Assembly: GCA_054600435.1 (NCBI GenBank) | Contig: BAAIJX010000024.1 | Location: forward strand, 248,001-312,000 | Direction: 5' to 3' | DNA: 64,000 nt | Source of the DNA: Neophaeotheca triangularis | Taxonomy: Eukaryota | In this document: positions 26,252 through 39,400 of the stretch, piece by piece | Layout: every line of letters begins with the position of its first letter | Numbering within the stretch: position 1 is the stretch's first letter | Made by a program: the position numbers and the translations under genes | Notes under the pieces: generated by a model | The model's input: the letters and a program-made list of their open reading frames with translations, nothing else | Databases searched by the model: none | Told to the model about the DNA's origin: nothing

Positions 26252-26359
26252 GCGCTAAGAGTAGATAGAGACTTTATGTCTATAGGTAGTTCGAGTCTTA
26301 AGGCAAATACGAGGGTATAGGTGACTACCGACTAACTCAAACAGAAAATGCCTCGTAAA

Positions 26360-27991
26360 TTACTCGCTAGAAAACAGCTTTAAGGAAACTTCCGCCTATA
26401 TGTTAAGACTATAGCCCTCTCCCTCTACCGCCTCCCTAAAATGCTGCCTTAAAAGGCTATAGAACTTACTACCCGTGCTCGCGTTAAAGATAACAACCTT
26501 GTCTACCGCCTAATGCTAGAATTCGCTTAAGGTCGTCGAGAAAGTGCATTGCACCTTTATATACTAACTAGAAGCTTTCGAGACTTCGCACTTAGCCTAA
26601 GCTTCTTTGCCTTCGCCATTCTAAGCCAAATTCGCTATCGTCGCCACGATGAACTTAGAGCTCCTACAAAAGACCACTAACGGTCTACCTTGACCTTCGT
26701 ACTAATTAACGGCCGGGAACTAGAAGGTCGTAGTGAGCTTTTCGGTGTCTTCTTCTAAGCTCTCGTAGGCCGCAAATGCGATAGGAAGAGCCTTCTCTAG
26801 AGGGCTAGTAATAGAGTTAGTAGTTAGTCACGCGAAAGATTATAGGTAGTTAAACGGGAGGACTTACTCTTACGATAGGAAGTCGATACTGCCGCTTATC
26901 ATCAAGCGCTAATACGGGGTGTAGCTCTAGTATACTATAGCCTCGTTAGCCTCCTACGCGGTGTCGGTATAGTACGCGTACTAGGCCGCGAATCCTATTC
27001 TATGCCGCATCTTACCTATAGCTTGTATACTAGTAAGGTAGAGGGCTTAGGAAGTCGAGGGGCTATAAAGAGAATTTGTCATGTTATAGCGATAATCATT
27101 AGAAGACAGCACTACTACCGTAGCTAGTAGAAGTGCCGAGACCCTAGACGACTTAAGCTTAAGGCATGCTATCTAATCCCGAGCTCGAAGCGCTAGGTCC
27201 GAGAAGTTAGCGGTAGCCGGTACGGAGACGAACACGGGTAGTAGGGTTCCGGCTAAACGTAGGACGGCGGGGGCGTCGGTATAAAGCTCGGCCTAAGATC
27301 TAGTTAACGCCCGGGTTTCCTTAACTTTAGCCTTCTCCTCCCTACTAGAAGACGGCGCTAGGGAAGATGCTTTAGGAGACGCTCGTTTAGTAAGAAAACG
27401 ATACCGCGTTTAAATACTACACCTTAGCCTACCTAATGCCTTAGCGATATCTACCTAACGACCTCCTTTGTCTTTTATTTACAAGATCTATTAGTCCTCT
27501 TCGTCTTCGAATGCGCGCGCGCGGGTCTTTTGCTTTTTGCCTATACGCTTAGCCTTATCCTCTTTGCGCTAGTGTCGGGCCTCGTAAGATTTAGGAGTCC
27601 TACCGGGGAGCTAGTCTACGATAGCCGCCTAGCTTAGTCCCTACGTAACTCCCGCGTACAACATTTGCATTTCATTACCGTCCTACTCTAGTCGACTAAC
27701 GTTGTACTGTTTAACGTTAAGGATAGTGCCTATTATAACCGAGCCTCGATGATTAGCTCCCGCTATATACTAAGTAGTCGCGAGATTGGCGTCGTTAGTT
27801 AGTGACTAGTCTACGGGCGTCGAAGTGTCCCTAGAGTCGCTTGTTAAGGCTAGGGTAGGAGGTAAAGACGTAGAGGTAGAGGGCGAGGTAGGCGAGGATA
27901 AGTACTTCCGCTTTTTCGAAGAGTCGGCTACTAAACTAGCTGAGTTTCCGCCCTCTCGCATCCTAGAATGCTCGACTAACGGCTAAGACAT
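26360..27991 (-). pseudogene. Myb/SANT-domain cargo gene (two repeats)
   Basis: De-RIP of 27690-27390: EWDGNEMQMLYAGVTQGLSWAAIVDQLPGRTPKSCEARH...FEDEEDQQILQMKDKGGRWVDIAKALGRLRCSIQTRYRFL. Confidence 0.82.
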
Positions 27992-29299
27992 GTTATACGG
28001 ATTAAACAAGACGTCTAGACTTTAGCCGGAGAGTATATTAACTACGAAGGAAGAAGTTAGGGTGTTTAAATATTATTAGCAGAAACGGGCTCTAGCAAAA
28101 CACCTAGCGAATAACATATCTCACTAGGATACTCCCGGACCCTTCTATAAACGTACCGGGGATACTAGAGGAATAGAAGCTGTATATCGGTCGGGCTACT
28201 AGGGTCTAGAAATGCTTTAGTAATGTAGAGAGCCCTAGGACCTTCTACTATAAGGCTTACTAGTGCCGCGTAGGCATTACTAGAAGATTGAAACTACGGT
28301 AGGCTTTGTCTAATAGCTCTTATTTATTTGCGATATGAGTCTTAGGCTACTACACTTGTTTTGCACTCTAGTGTAAGCGGCAATCTAGGCGCCTTAGTAT
28401 AGAAACCACTATAGCCCTTTAGTCTTTAACGTAGAAGTCGCTCTTTTTCTAAGGTATCTATCGCTCTATAAGGGGACGTTTTCAGACGCAACAGGACGCT
28501 ACTATAGTAGAGTGTAGGATTTAGAGGATGCTTCGAGGCCTATACTCTACTATAACCGTAAACGGCAGACGGCGAGAAGTACGGCTCGCTATAAGAGGTA
28601 AGTTTAGGAGCTAGATCTATAAGTTGCTAATCTAACGAGGGATAGGGTACGAGTTCTCCCTATCCGACTTTACTCTAATCGTACTGTCGTCGGACTCTAC
28701 GGATATGCTACCCGAAAGTATCGCCGAGTTTAAGCTCATCTTATAGTAGACGAAGAAACCCGCTTAGCGCTACGTATGCTTCTTACATGTCGATAGGAAA
28801 ATGTGCCGGCTAAGCTAAGCTTAGCTAGTCGGCAGCTACGACGGTAAGGTAGCGCGAAGGACGCCCTACATCTAGGCAAAGGGAGGTAATAGGGAAGGGC
28901 GGACGATATAGGTAGACGGAAGTATACAATCTAACTACGAGGTCGTTATAGTTGTCGTAGAAGGGCTCCTAGAGCAAATAGCGCTAGTGCCTATAGTAGT
29001 ATGGCTAGAGAAGGCGAACACTTCTTATAGGCTAGAACCGGTAACCGCTCGGGCGCTATACTAGATGCCACCTTTCCTAGTCGACACTAGTAGTATGTAA
29101 AGCATATTAACTAACCTAATTACGGCGACTCTTGCTCCCGGTTCTTATTACTAGAATCCTATGACGGGCGTGCGATTCGATAGATAGCAGCCTCGACTTA
29201 TAAGCTTACCTGACCTCCGTTCGGTAACTACGAGTAAGCGAGGGTAGACGTTAGACGTAGTGGTTTTCAAATTTTTCGAAGAAGTTAAGAGTATCCCTA

Positions 29300-30615
29300 G
29301 CTATAAAATCTACCTAAACCCTCTTTAACCGGCCTTATTCGATTTCTTCGTCTACGTTCCCGGCGTAGGCTAGCTGTCCTTCGAATTCAAATATTCTTCG
29401 AGAACGGTCGTAGACACGACGTAGGACATCCGAGAACGGCGCTGCCCCTTTAGCGACACACGGGCCTAGATCATCTACTACTACGTCTATATAGATAGCT
29501 ACATCTGCATCTCGCGCGACGAAGTAGATTATCATTAGGCTTAAGAGGGTAGCCTTCCGTCTAGGAAGCTACTAGCCGAGTTCGTCGTAAACTATCGCTT
29601 TAAGACTCTCCGCTACGCCCTTAGGTATATTAAGTTGTATGTAGAGTAGGCTAGACTTACCGTAAATAGCGTAATCTACGCCATTCGACCCTCCGATACC
29701 TACTACGGCTTCGATTAGGATCTTGTCGACAGTCGTCTTAACGATATACTCGAATCGTCGTTAGACCTTAGCCCGCTCCTAAACCTTAAGTGTACTTAAC
29801 TGACTCTCCCCTAGGTAAGCGGCATCATTAACGATTAGTACGCGAGGCTACACTTTACTATGTGTCTAGCGCTAGGGCCGGGTCATCCCTAGGCGACTCA
29901 CGTATTTATCCGCTACTACTAGACTTATGTAGAAGTGTATGCCTACCGCCGCCGTAGAGTCTTGCCCTTTAAGATAAGTTCTAAGCTGATCTAAGACCGC
30001 GAATACGTCCTACTACGTTTAGAAGATCATACTTACCCCGGTAACGTCGACCCCGTGTAGTACCCTATAGTAATTAGACGCGCCTAGTAGAGGAAGCCTA
30101 CGGAAGGGGCGCCTAAATTCTTCATTATCGGAAGTATCTTAGAGAGTACTATCTTAGAGAAGGTAGAGGTACGCTCGTCGCTATATGTCTTTATGCCGTC
30201 TAGCTTCACTAAGCTCTCTACTACTAAGTAGAGCCTACCGGTAGTAGACGAAGTATAAAAGGTACGCGGAAGCCACTACTTTAATTATTCGGCGAGAAGA
30301 GAACTAGATGTAGAGGGTCTCGCTTAGCTAAGTAGGAGGGGCAGCATCATTTTCAAACGAGTGCTCTTAGATAACGGCATTAATCCCCTTCGATACATTA
30401 CTAATCTCGCCGACGGCGCCATTAATCGCTAGCTTCGCACTATCTTAGAGGCCTAAACTGACATTTCTATATATAGTCGTACCGGCTTACCCGGAGCTAA
30501 CCGCATGTTTAACCCGAGCGAGTACCGAACGAAGGTACGCCTCGCTATATAGGCTTACTAGGACTTTAGCTATAAGTACTTTTGCCGTAGAATCTTAGTA
30601 TATACCTACTAACAT
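29300..30615 (-). pseudogene. Cargo gene of unknown function
   Basis: Long de-RIPpable frame that includes ORF 29335-29535. No family recognised. Confidence 0.4.
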
Positions 30616-31889
30616 TCCTATTAGATAAGAAGATAGGAAGGGGCTTCTTATAGGGAGCTTAATTGTTAGTTACCGGCGGAGTAAGAAGCTAAGAGGTGTT
30701 AATGTTATGCGATAGACTACGTAATAGCTACATCGAGGTCATTACGTCCTTACCCGGCCTAGCTCCTATAGGTAACGCCTAGCTCCTACTACCGACTGTC
30801 TTTGGCCCTCTAAGAGTTACGTCGTATCCTATCTATCCTGCCTTGCCCTTATTACTACTATTCCCCGTCGCCGGCTCCGTATAAGAGGTACTGCTTTAGG
30901 AGACGCTCCGGCCATCTTTATAAAGACGCTCGCTAAGACCTTTGTCGAGCTCCTCTACCCCTTTAAGTAAGGCTAATGCCTAGATGCGTAGATCCTTAAT
31001 CTAGGTCTCGTAGTTACCGTAAGTGTTATAGTAATCGACGTAAGGGTCCCTAGTGTTCTTATAATCCTTAACGGTTAGGACGTGGTTTAAAAGCTTACCG
31101 TGGATCCGAGCGAGCATCTAGCGTACCTCCTTATTAATAGAGATACACGACTTAAAGCCCTATTAGTTAAGATCCCTATAGAAGGTCATAGTAGTGGTTG
31201 AAATTGTGGAAGCTACTAGAGACTTAGGAATCTTTAAGGATTAGTGCTTATTAAAACGTACTTCTTACGGTTAATCTTACTTGGAAGGCTACTAAAAGAC
31301 GAAGCTGTCTAAATGTAGTAGAAAGCTTAGGGTTAATTAGAGTGGCAAAGGATTGTCGTTAGCGAGCTTGTTGTTCTTTTCCATTATAGGGCGAGGAAGC
31401 GGCTACTAATAACGTTAGACTCGTCGCCCTAATCGAGCTATACGAGACATTAGCAGATACATGGTTTAGTTGCCCCTTATAATGTCTAGCTAGCTATTAA
31501 GACATGGGCGTATTAGCACTTTTAACAATGTTAACGGGATAAACTCGGCGTCTATCGAAGGATAGTCCGCGAATATCGACGGATAGTAACGGGGAAACTC
31601 GTAAGCTAAAGCGTAATAGCCGAGAAGTTAGTATACATTTATCGGCCACTTATATGTAATATGTAACACCTTAAACAGCTACATACACTATATGCAGTAC
31701 ACGTTCTTCAAATATTGAACCGATAGCGACGTACAGATCATGCCTTACGCCTATAGAAAGTAGCGGCGTCCGCCTACATTATGCCCGCCGTTCCTATATG
31801 CTTAGCCGCTACGATCGATTAAAGAAACCGTAACATTTGATTAAACAGGAGCCTATTTCTATTCACCCTTCCTCCGTTATACTAGCGTA

Positions 31890-33020
31890 CTAACGAACAA
31901 GTCTAGTAGACTATACTATCTAACGCTAATGTCCTAAGGGATATCCTACCCTCGGACCGCTTCTTCTAGCGGTAAACCATATCGGAGCAAATGTCGCTAT
32001 CGGTACACGACAGGAGGTAACGCTATAGCGATAGGGTTCTACTAGCTAACGAGATAACTACTATAGCGCTAAACGAAATAGCTATGTACTATAGGCGAGG
32101 CTTCTTCTTCTACCTACTACCTCGCGACACCTAGAGGAGAATAGCGGCTAAGAACTTCCTACTAAAGGGTAGAGTACCTCCTATACTAGGGTAAGTCGGG
32201 TGCTTAACAATACGTTCTATAGTAGTATATTAGCTAATAGCTACGCGGTAGTGCCTTATTCCTATAGATCATCTTTATGCATTACGTTTAGGACGATACT
32301 TTACGTGCTACGTTCCGTGCTAAACCGTAGAGGTCACGAAATTTGAAGTGTAATGCTATTATCAATCCGCCTACAAATGCGACTCCGCTATACTCGATAT
32401 AGTTCGCCTCTTCTCCCCGAGCAGCTCTATATACGACACCGAACGCTTCGCTAGCCTTATTAGTAACCGAATCAAGCCTATACCTTACGGACACCGATGA
32501 TTTAGCGAACGCTGTCGGAAAATGGCCTAAGAAGAAGTAGATAACAGCTCTAGACGTAGACAGTAAGCTAGACACCGCCCCTTACCTTTAGAACCTATCG
32601 AGCGTTACTAGTAAAACCCGCCCTAGGCTGACGTCCCTTTAAAGTTTCGAGCATCCTAGCCTTAAAGCTATCTATAAAGAGATCGTACATCGCTATACCC
32701 CGTTCTACGACGACAGCTTAAAGGCGACTCTACTCGCTAGAAACCTTCGCGAGATACTTCCCCGTAGAAAAGACCTAGACTATAGCTCGCCGCTCGGTAT
32801 AGACGCTGAAAACGGGCCGTAAGCAGTTAGGACTTCTAAGCTATAGTACTCGTAGGGCATCCGAACGCGTAGTACGGGGCGGCAACCTAAGGAGATAGTA
32901 GATAAAGAAGCGAAGGAGCGGGAGGGAAGTAGTATGGGTAGGTTTAGTAGTAGAGGAGACAACGGAGTAAAGGCCACGAGTGTTGTGTTAATCGATCTCA
33001 CTAAGGACGAGGACGAGTAA
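31890..33020 (+). pseudogene. Cargo gene of unknown function ending in a SIM-like VLIDLTKDEDE
   Basis: De-RIPpable frame with an intron-like segment near 32191-32250. Confidence 0.35.
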
Positions 33021-33986
33021 AAAGAGGTGTAATGATCGACTAGGCATACCCGGGGTATACTCGAAGTACAATATGTAGAGCTTTCTTTATACTTATACCT
33101 TACTTCGTATAATGCTCGATTAAAGTTAGCTTAGCAATCTCGGACTTTCTTTAGACTATAAAAATTGTAACTTCACATCACTTATCTAGGTACAGACTGT
33201 AGTAACTACATCCGAGAGTTGACAAGGGGCATTAGAACGGAAATAAACAGCTTAGTCAAGCCTTATTGTAAAGGAGAGACGACCTACAAGGTTCTTAGCT
33301 AGGTCTAGATTCACTAATACCTATAGTTAGCTTCTTAACTCTTTAGGATTCGATTACCCTAACGAGAGACAACATAGACTAGTACTAGGATCTTTCTTAC
33401 TCGTTCGGCTACTATCGAAAAGTGATTTTAGGGCTATTCTATGCCTTAACGATATGTTTAGACCTTTCTTATAGCGATGTAATAGCTTTACGCGACAAGG
33501 TCTAGCGGGGCGGTTCTTAGTCCGGTTTTTGCAAGCGCGTACGTCATAAGGGCATAAAGCTCTAGGTCTACTACTTCGGAAGGGCCGGTTACCTAGTAAG
33601 AGGTTATAGGATGTCTATTGTCGACGACGGAGCCGAGCTACCGACCCGTAGTTCGACTGCCCGCCGTTAACACGGCCTCTATATAGCACACCGGCTTTTC
33701 GAGACTAGTTATGAATTCTAAGGCTAAACGGTTTATAGAGGGTCTGTTTAATAGCTACGGCGGTCCGTTAAGTTCGTATGTCTCTATAGGCATTTAGGCG
33801 TGACGTAGACGCCGTAAGCCTTCGATGTTTTAGCTTGCTTTACGTGTCTTACGACTAGAGTCTCGCACTACACCTAATGATATAAGAGTATACTAGCGGT
33901 ATAGCTATCTTTACTACAATCTCTAGAATACCACAAAACGACGAGGTCAAAAACCCGGTATCGAGTCCTTCTAGACCTACTTCGAG

Positions 33987-34990
33987 ATGCCGACAAAGTC
34001 GAGCTCTAAAATCTTCGCCATTGTTTTAGTAGTCAGCACTAACTCGGATACGCTTCTTAGCTATCGCGTAAACAGGTTCATTACACATAGAAACAGCGAC
34101 AGTGTCGAAACCCTAAGAATTTACCTAGAGCTTCGTACGAATCTTTTAATAGGTCGCCTTAGCCTAGTCTTTAGCACACGGCGTGTAGTAGACATGCGGC
34201 TCGAGCTAGGGGAAGAATTGAACTATGGCAAAATCCATGACTATCATTTCTTTCTTACGCTTAATGAGCAAAACAGTCGCCTCTACATTATAGACACCTC
34301 CTACAGATGCACTTAGGTTAGTTATAGTCTATCGGGACCGTATATACGCCTAAGCTTGTCTACTTATGAGATCTCGACTCCCGTTTACGTAAGACTTAGG
34401 CATAAGGTGCATTACTCGATCAAAATCATTCCCACTATGCTCCCGAAATTGCCTATAGATAACGCTAATCTAGTCCGCTCGTCCGTGTGCTTAAGTAGCG
34501 AGTAGCGGAGATCGAGCGGCGACTAAAACTAGTAGGTCGAGCGCTATAGATCGAGTACGCGCCCCCGTAAGCAGGCGGAGCGCTATAGGTCTAGTACACA
34601 TTAGCATAAGTAGAGGAAACGCCGTAAGTCTAGTACATACGAACTAGAGTAGCATAAGCGTAGGCGCCCCGATATCGACTAAAATGATACGCTTTAAAGA
34701 TCTACGCCTCCTATCCGACAAGCCCGGCCTACGAAGAAGCTACTTTGTTCTTATCTTGTAGTGTTTCCGAGGTAAATCCCCCCCTTCTTAATTTGCCGGA
34801 AACCGGATATACTAACATTAATTGCAGTGATCTTACTAGCTATTACTAACTACGGATCCGACGTCGTGATTAACGCTATAGAAGGACCGGGGCTCGGGGT
34901 ATAGAGCGATAAAAGAGCGGTCGGGCGGCACACTACATACAATTCGTAGCGAGCAAACAAACGTACATGTTATATAGCGAGCATACTCTA
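33987..34990 (+). pseudogene. FHA-domain-like cargo gene
   Basis: LVF(G)TRRVVDMRL...HFFLTLNEQNSRLYIIDTS.RCTQVSY resembles the fungal FHA pattern FG..cD.l...HF.itf....rl...DtS..GT.Vsy. Confidence 0.55.
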
Positions 34991-36250
34991 ATAATCATAA
35001 CACCTTCCTAAACTAAACAATTAGCTTTAATGGCTACGCTATAGACCGTCTAACAGCTTCGCGTGCGGCCTAAGTGCGAGGACTAGGCTACTAAAGTCAC
35101 ATAGTTCTCCGAAACAATCTAGTCGTCTATGTGTAACGCTTAAATGCCCTTCTATAGAACGCATCCTTAGCTTTTAGAGGCGTTCGGCTCTCTTCTAGAG
35201 GACCGAGAATACTTCGAGCTAGCTAGTATAGTTATACTAGAGTTTAGAGGCTCTAGTAGTAGTAATAGTCTTTAACGTAAAGACCCCGCCATTACCCGGC
35301 TCCTCGAAAGGGTTAGCCCGTACATTTAGTACTCTATCGACGTCGCTAAAAGTTAGAGCTCTTTCGATACTAGCGAGTTCTAGGCCGAAAAAAGATTGTT
35401 CTATGAAGCGGAGATGTATAGAGTCCGCCTCCTCTTACATCATAGGCAAACCTTTACCGTAGAGGAAGAAGACTAGATTAACTAGTGGCTCGACGCCTGC
35501 CCTCTAGTACTACAAAGGGCGACAATGTAGTGATTTATCTTGCATCTTCACTAGTAAGTTAACGAGTGTTAGCGATCCGTAGTCACTATTACTTACGCTC
35601 TAGTATAGTTATCCCGATTCTCTTAACTCGGTCGGCTAACGTACCTGTTCATAGTATTTAACATACTAAAACTTTAAGAAGTAGAACTGTTTAGGGAGAC
35701 TAAGGACGACTATCGTAAGTCGGTAGGAGGGGTAGGCCTTCTAGTAGCTTATAAGTTTCCGGGATAAGCAGTTAGAATGGCAGCTCGCCTCGCTGTAGCT
35801 TTGCCTAGGCGATATGCGCTATTATTAATGTAAAACTCTAGTTATCGCAGTATTTAGGAGCTGCGAAAAGATAGGCCCGTCAGTGTTTTAAGGTCATATT
35901 AGTTTTAGATTCATAGGAGAGACTTAGGTAGCGTTCGAAGGTTATTTGTAAACATAGTAGGCTAGTCTCTAAACCACTTCGACTCTATCCTCGACCTAAT
36001 ACACCTAAAGATACTCCCGCATCCTATACCTCTTATATAGTAGCTAGCATCCTTTTAAAAATCAGCATTATACCCGTAGAAACCCTACGATAGCTACGAG
36101 CGTTTAGACCTACTACCGCCCCTTCACTCTTCGTCGCCTATAGTAACGCTGCTTTCGGCCACTTCTACTAGAACGGTGTAAGCTAAGTCTCCTAATTCGG
36201 TAGAGGCTTTAGTCTTAGGGGGTTTGTCGGTCGTAAGAGAAGCGTCTTGC

Positions 36251-36473
36251 TATAAGACCGAGACTATGACTCGGTCGGGATCACGGCGGAGCGAGGGCGG
36301 AGCGTAATAATGGTAATAACAGTAATAGTCCTTTAATACAGAAACTATTCGATGGCAGACAGGAGACTTCACTGTTAGCCATCTCATATACTTTCGCAGT
36401 GTGTACGCTTAGTACTCCCGAGCTACCCCGTAGCTTAGGCCGCCGATATCCCGCTAGCGCCGCGGTCGTGACA
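36251..36473 (-). mobile_element. Solo LTR of the Gypsy family
   Basis: Reverse complement of 15419-15641, 223 bp, flanked by TSD CTTGC/CTTAC. Confidence 0.95.
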
Positions 36474-39400
36474 CTTACTTACGGTAGCGGCGATAGTACC
36501 CGAGCTCTTCGTACTTATCGACGACCTTTACATCGATTCTAAGCGACTAGTCCGAGTTAAGCTATGTAGATATTTGTAGCTTTAGCGTACTACGGACATG
36601 TTAGCCGTCTTCGGTTAGCTTCCGGGTAGTAAAGACTATAATGTTTTCGGTAGGCATTATGAGATGATTTGGTTACCTATAAAGCTAGTTAGTACGGCGG
36701 GACATCTCGTGTGCTTCTACCCTATTTACCTTTCAATTGCTTACGAAGTCTACTTAGTAGAGATGATAAGCCCTTACCTCCTATCGGAGTAGCTATAAAC
36801 CCTCTATAACCACGAAGGTAAAGGGGAGAGGGAGGGAAGTTTCCTATATGTCATAAAGGCATAGAGTAGAAAGGAGTCTTTTTCGTTATAGTAAACCACT
36901 ACGACATTAGCATAATAGAAGACATATTGTAATAGCTGTCATTGTTAGCGATATATATGTAAGCGACTCCCGCGCCAAATTATACGAACCTTAGTACTAA
37001 GAATTCTAGAACACTATAGCAAAATCAAAATGTAAATAATCCTGCTCCTTACTATCGCTATACTCGGTTTCATCGGCATTATGCTAACTATCGCTCTAGC
37101 TATGCTTCGTAACATTATCTAGTTCCTTATAAACCTAATCACCGAAACCCTAAGCCTCTACTACTACATAATCACGTAACCTAAATTCTAGGAGGGAGTC
37201 TTTAGAGTATATAACAAACTGCTACAATTTAACGCGAGCTTTGTCGAGCTACCCGTCCCTATCGTCGAATACGTTAAGTAGCAGTGGAGAACTAACTGTG
37301 AACCGCCCCCTAACCGTCTAAGCGCCTAATCCTAGTATTAACTACACTACGAATAGCGCCTAAGGGGACATTAGCAATTATTAGGAGGTGACAGTAAGGG
37401 TTCCTATACGGAGGAGAAATTTGTCGTTTAGGGACTTAGGGATCGGCACATAGGACGACTTAGTATCTACGAGAATATTTAGCGTTTTTCTTAAGATTAA
37501 CTAAGGATCTATAGCTTCCGGGGTTCTAGGCGTTATTCCTATCTAGGGCGAGGGAGGATAGGAGGCTAATAGCTTCCGTTATAGGCCTTAGCCTCTTTCC
37601 TACTCTTAATCTAGTTTAGCTTGAAGATCCGGGTCTATACAAAGTTCAATCCGATTACGGGAACCCTAAGGTAGTCTAACTCGCCCCTAATTAACTTTAG
37701 ACTAAGCTATCTAGAAGATACTTCAGCTAGAAATTCTAGCGTCTACAAATTACCTAGTCCGAAGCGTACGCGCCCTATAAAGGCTACCTATAACTCCTGA
37801 CTTTAAGCTTTATAAGCGTAACGCTAGCCCGCCTCCTACGAGCCGCGCTCGGTATATTGACCGAGCTTAGCCTAACACCGAAGGAACATGTCCTCGTCCG
37901 CCTCGACGTATAAGTTAAAGTCATCTACAAGCTACTACAAAGTAGCTAGCTACGCTACACTCGGCGTGGTTATGCCCTAGGGATAATAAGGTCCTCGTCG
38001 TACTTAGACAGCTATAGCTTACTAAGCTCGGGGGGAGACGGTTAAGCTAGACAGAGTAATGACTAGTATACCGCGCGGCCCTACTAGGGGGCTAATCGAA
38101 GTAGAACACGGCATAGTCGCTTGACGAGGCGTGATGTTAAAACGAGCGGACCGTAATAGCCCGCGCTATAGAAGTCGCGACGTAGACAGGCTGCTTAGCT
38201 AATAGACGAAAGGTGTAGAGGCTACAAGTAATAGCTCTACGTCTACGCAGCTTCCTCTTATCTAGTAAGAGGCGAGGCCTCTTAGGTAGCGCATTACTAG
38301 AAATGCGCGTAAAATGATGATAGTTAGAGGCTATAGGGGGAGCTAAATAGCCTTGTCCGCGAAGGTTAAGGTAACGAGCTCGGGTTCCGAGGCTAGGACG
38401 CCCCTACTAAGCTTCGTAGAGGCCTGTACTAAGGCAACGCGAGGTAGATATACTAAGACGACAGCTCGGCGCTTAATAGTAGTAATAGCCTTCGTAGGCC
38501 ATAATGCTAAATCGCTACTAGGATTAGACGCCTCGATGAGGTAAAGTAAGAATTTAACAAACGAAGAGACACTCATTCTATTTAATTGACTATTAGCTTC
38601 CCCGAACTCTAGACCCGATAAACCGCTAGGCCCTTACCTTTCTAAGGAGCATTCGTTCTTAAGCTTAAGTAGCCTAAGCACAAAAAACCAAAGCAAATAT
38701 CCCGGCATAGCCTAACCTTATCGCGAGGTTACTATTACTTAGTAACTCGAGGCTAATAATCGCCGCTTTCGCCGCTCCTCTTAAGGCCCTACTAAAGCGC
38801 GCCTCCTTTCCCTTCCTTTTCTTTAACATAGATATCGAGTAGACTTAGGTCGAAACTCCCGTCCGCGAAGGCATAGCCTACTACGCGAACACGCTCGTTC
38901 AAGTTATCTACTATAGCTTAATCACTACTACTTTCAGAATTTGAGTTTTAGACCGCTGTCGCCGCTGTCGCTACTGTTATCGCTGTCATCGCTATCGTGG
39001 AGTGTGTAAGTACATGAACGGAACGGCCCGAGGGGTATCGAGATAGACGGTGACAAGAAGAGATCACTAGTATAGCACGTGATGTCTGTCTTCTAGAACA
39101 TGAACAGGGCTTTACTCGTGTCTTATTGCCGAAGCTCTCTTAAAACTAATAGCATACGGCTATACGCCGTCACTACACATAGGTTGTACGCGGGTCCCCT
39201 TAGTTGTCCTTGACTTACCTAATCGGTCATGCCGCTAGACTTGCCTATAGCTTGTCCGCTAAGGGAGGTCGCTTTTAGTGTTATTATAGAGGAATTATCT
39301 CTCGAGAGACCTATCGATGTTACATTATCAAGAGGACCGGTAGTGGCATAGTTATATTCTTAAGATAGCGTAAAAAGATAGCTTGTAGGCGGATCCGTCC

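Noticed and set aside
31890..32500. Ulp1/SUMO protease similarity (LLA(D)EITTIAL)
   Set aside because: I could not find the HW, D or QxxxxDCG catalytic motifs in any frame.
28100..38718. Polinton-like virus identity based on size and recombinase
   Set aside because: No Walker A packaging ATPase, capsid or polymerase/helicase motif recognised, and the genes have spliceosomal introns. Not supported, though not excluded.
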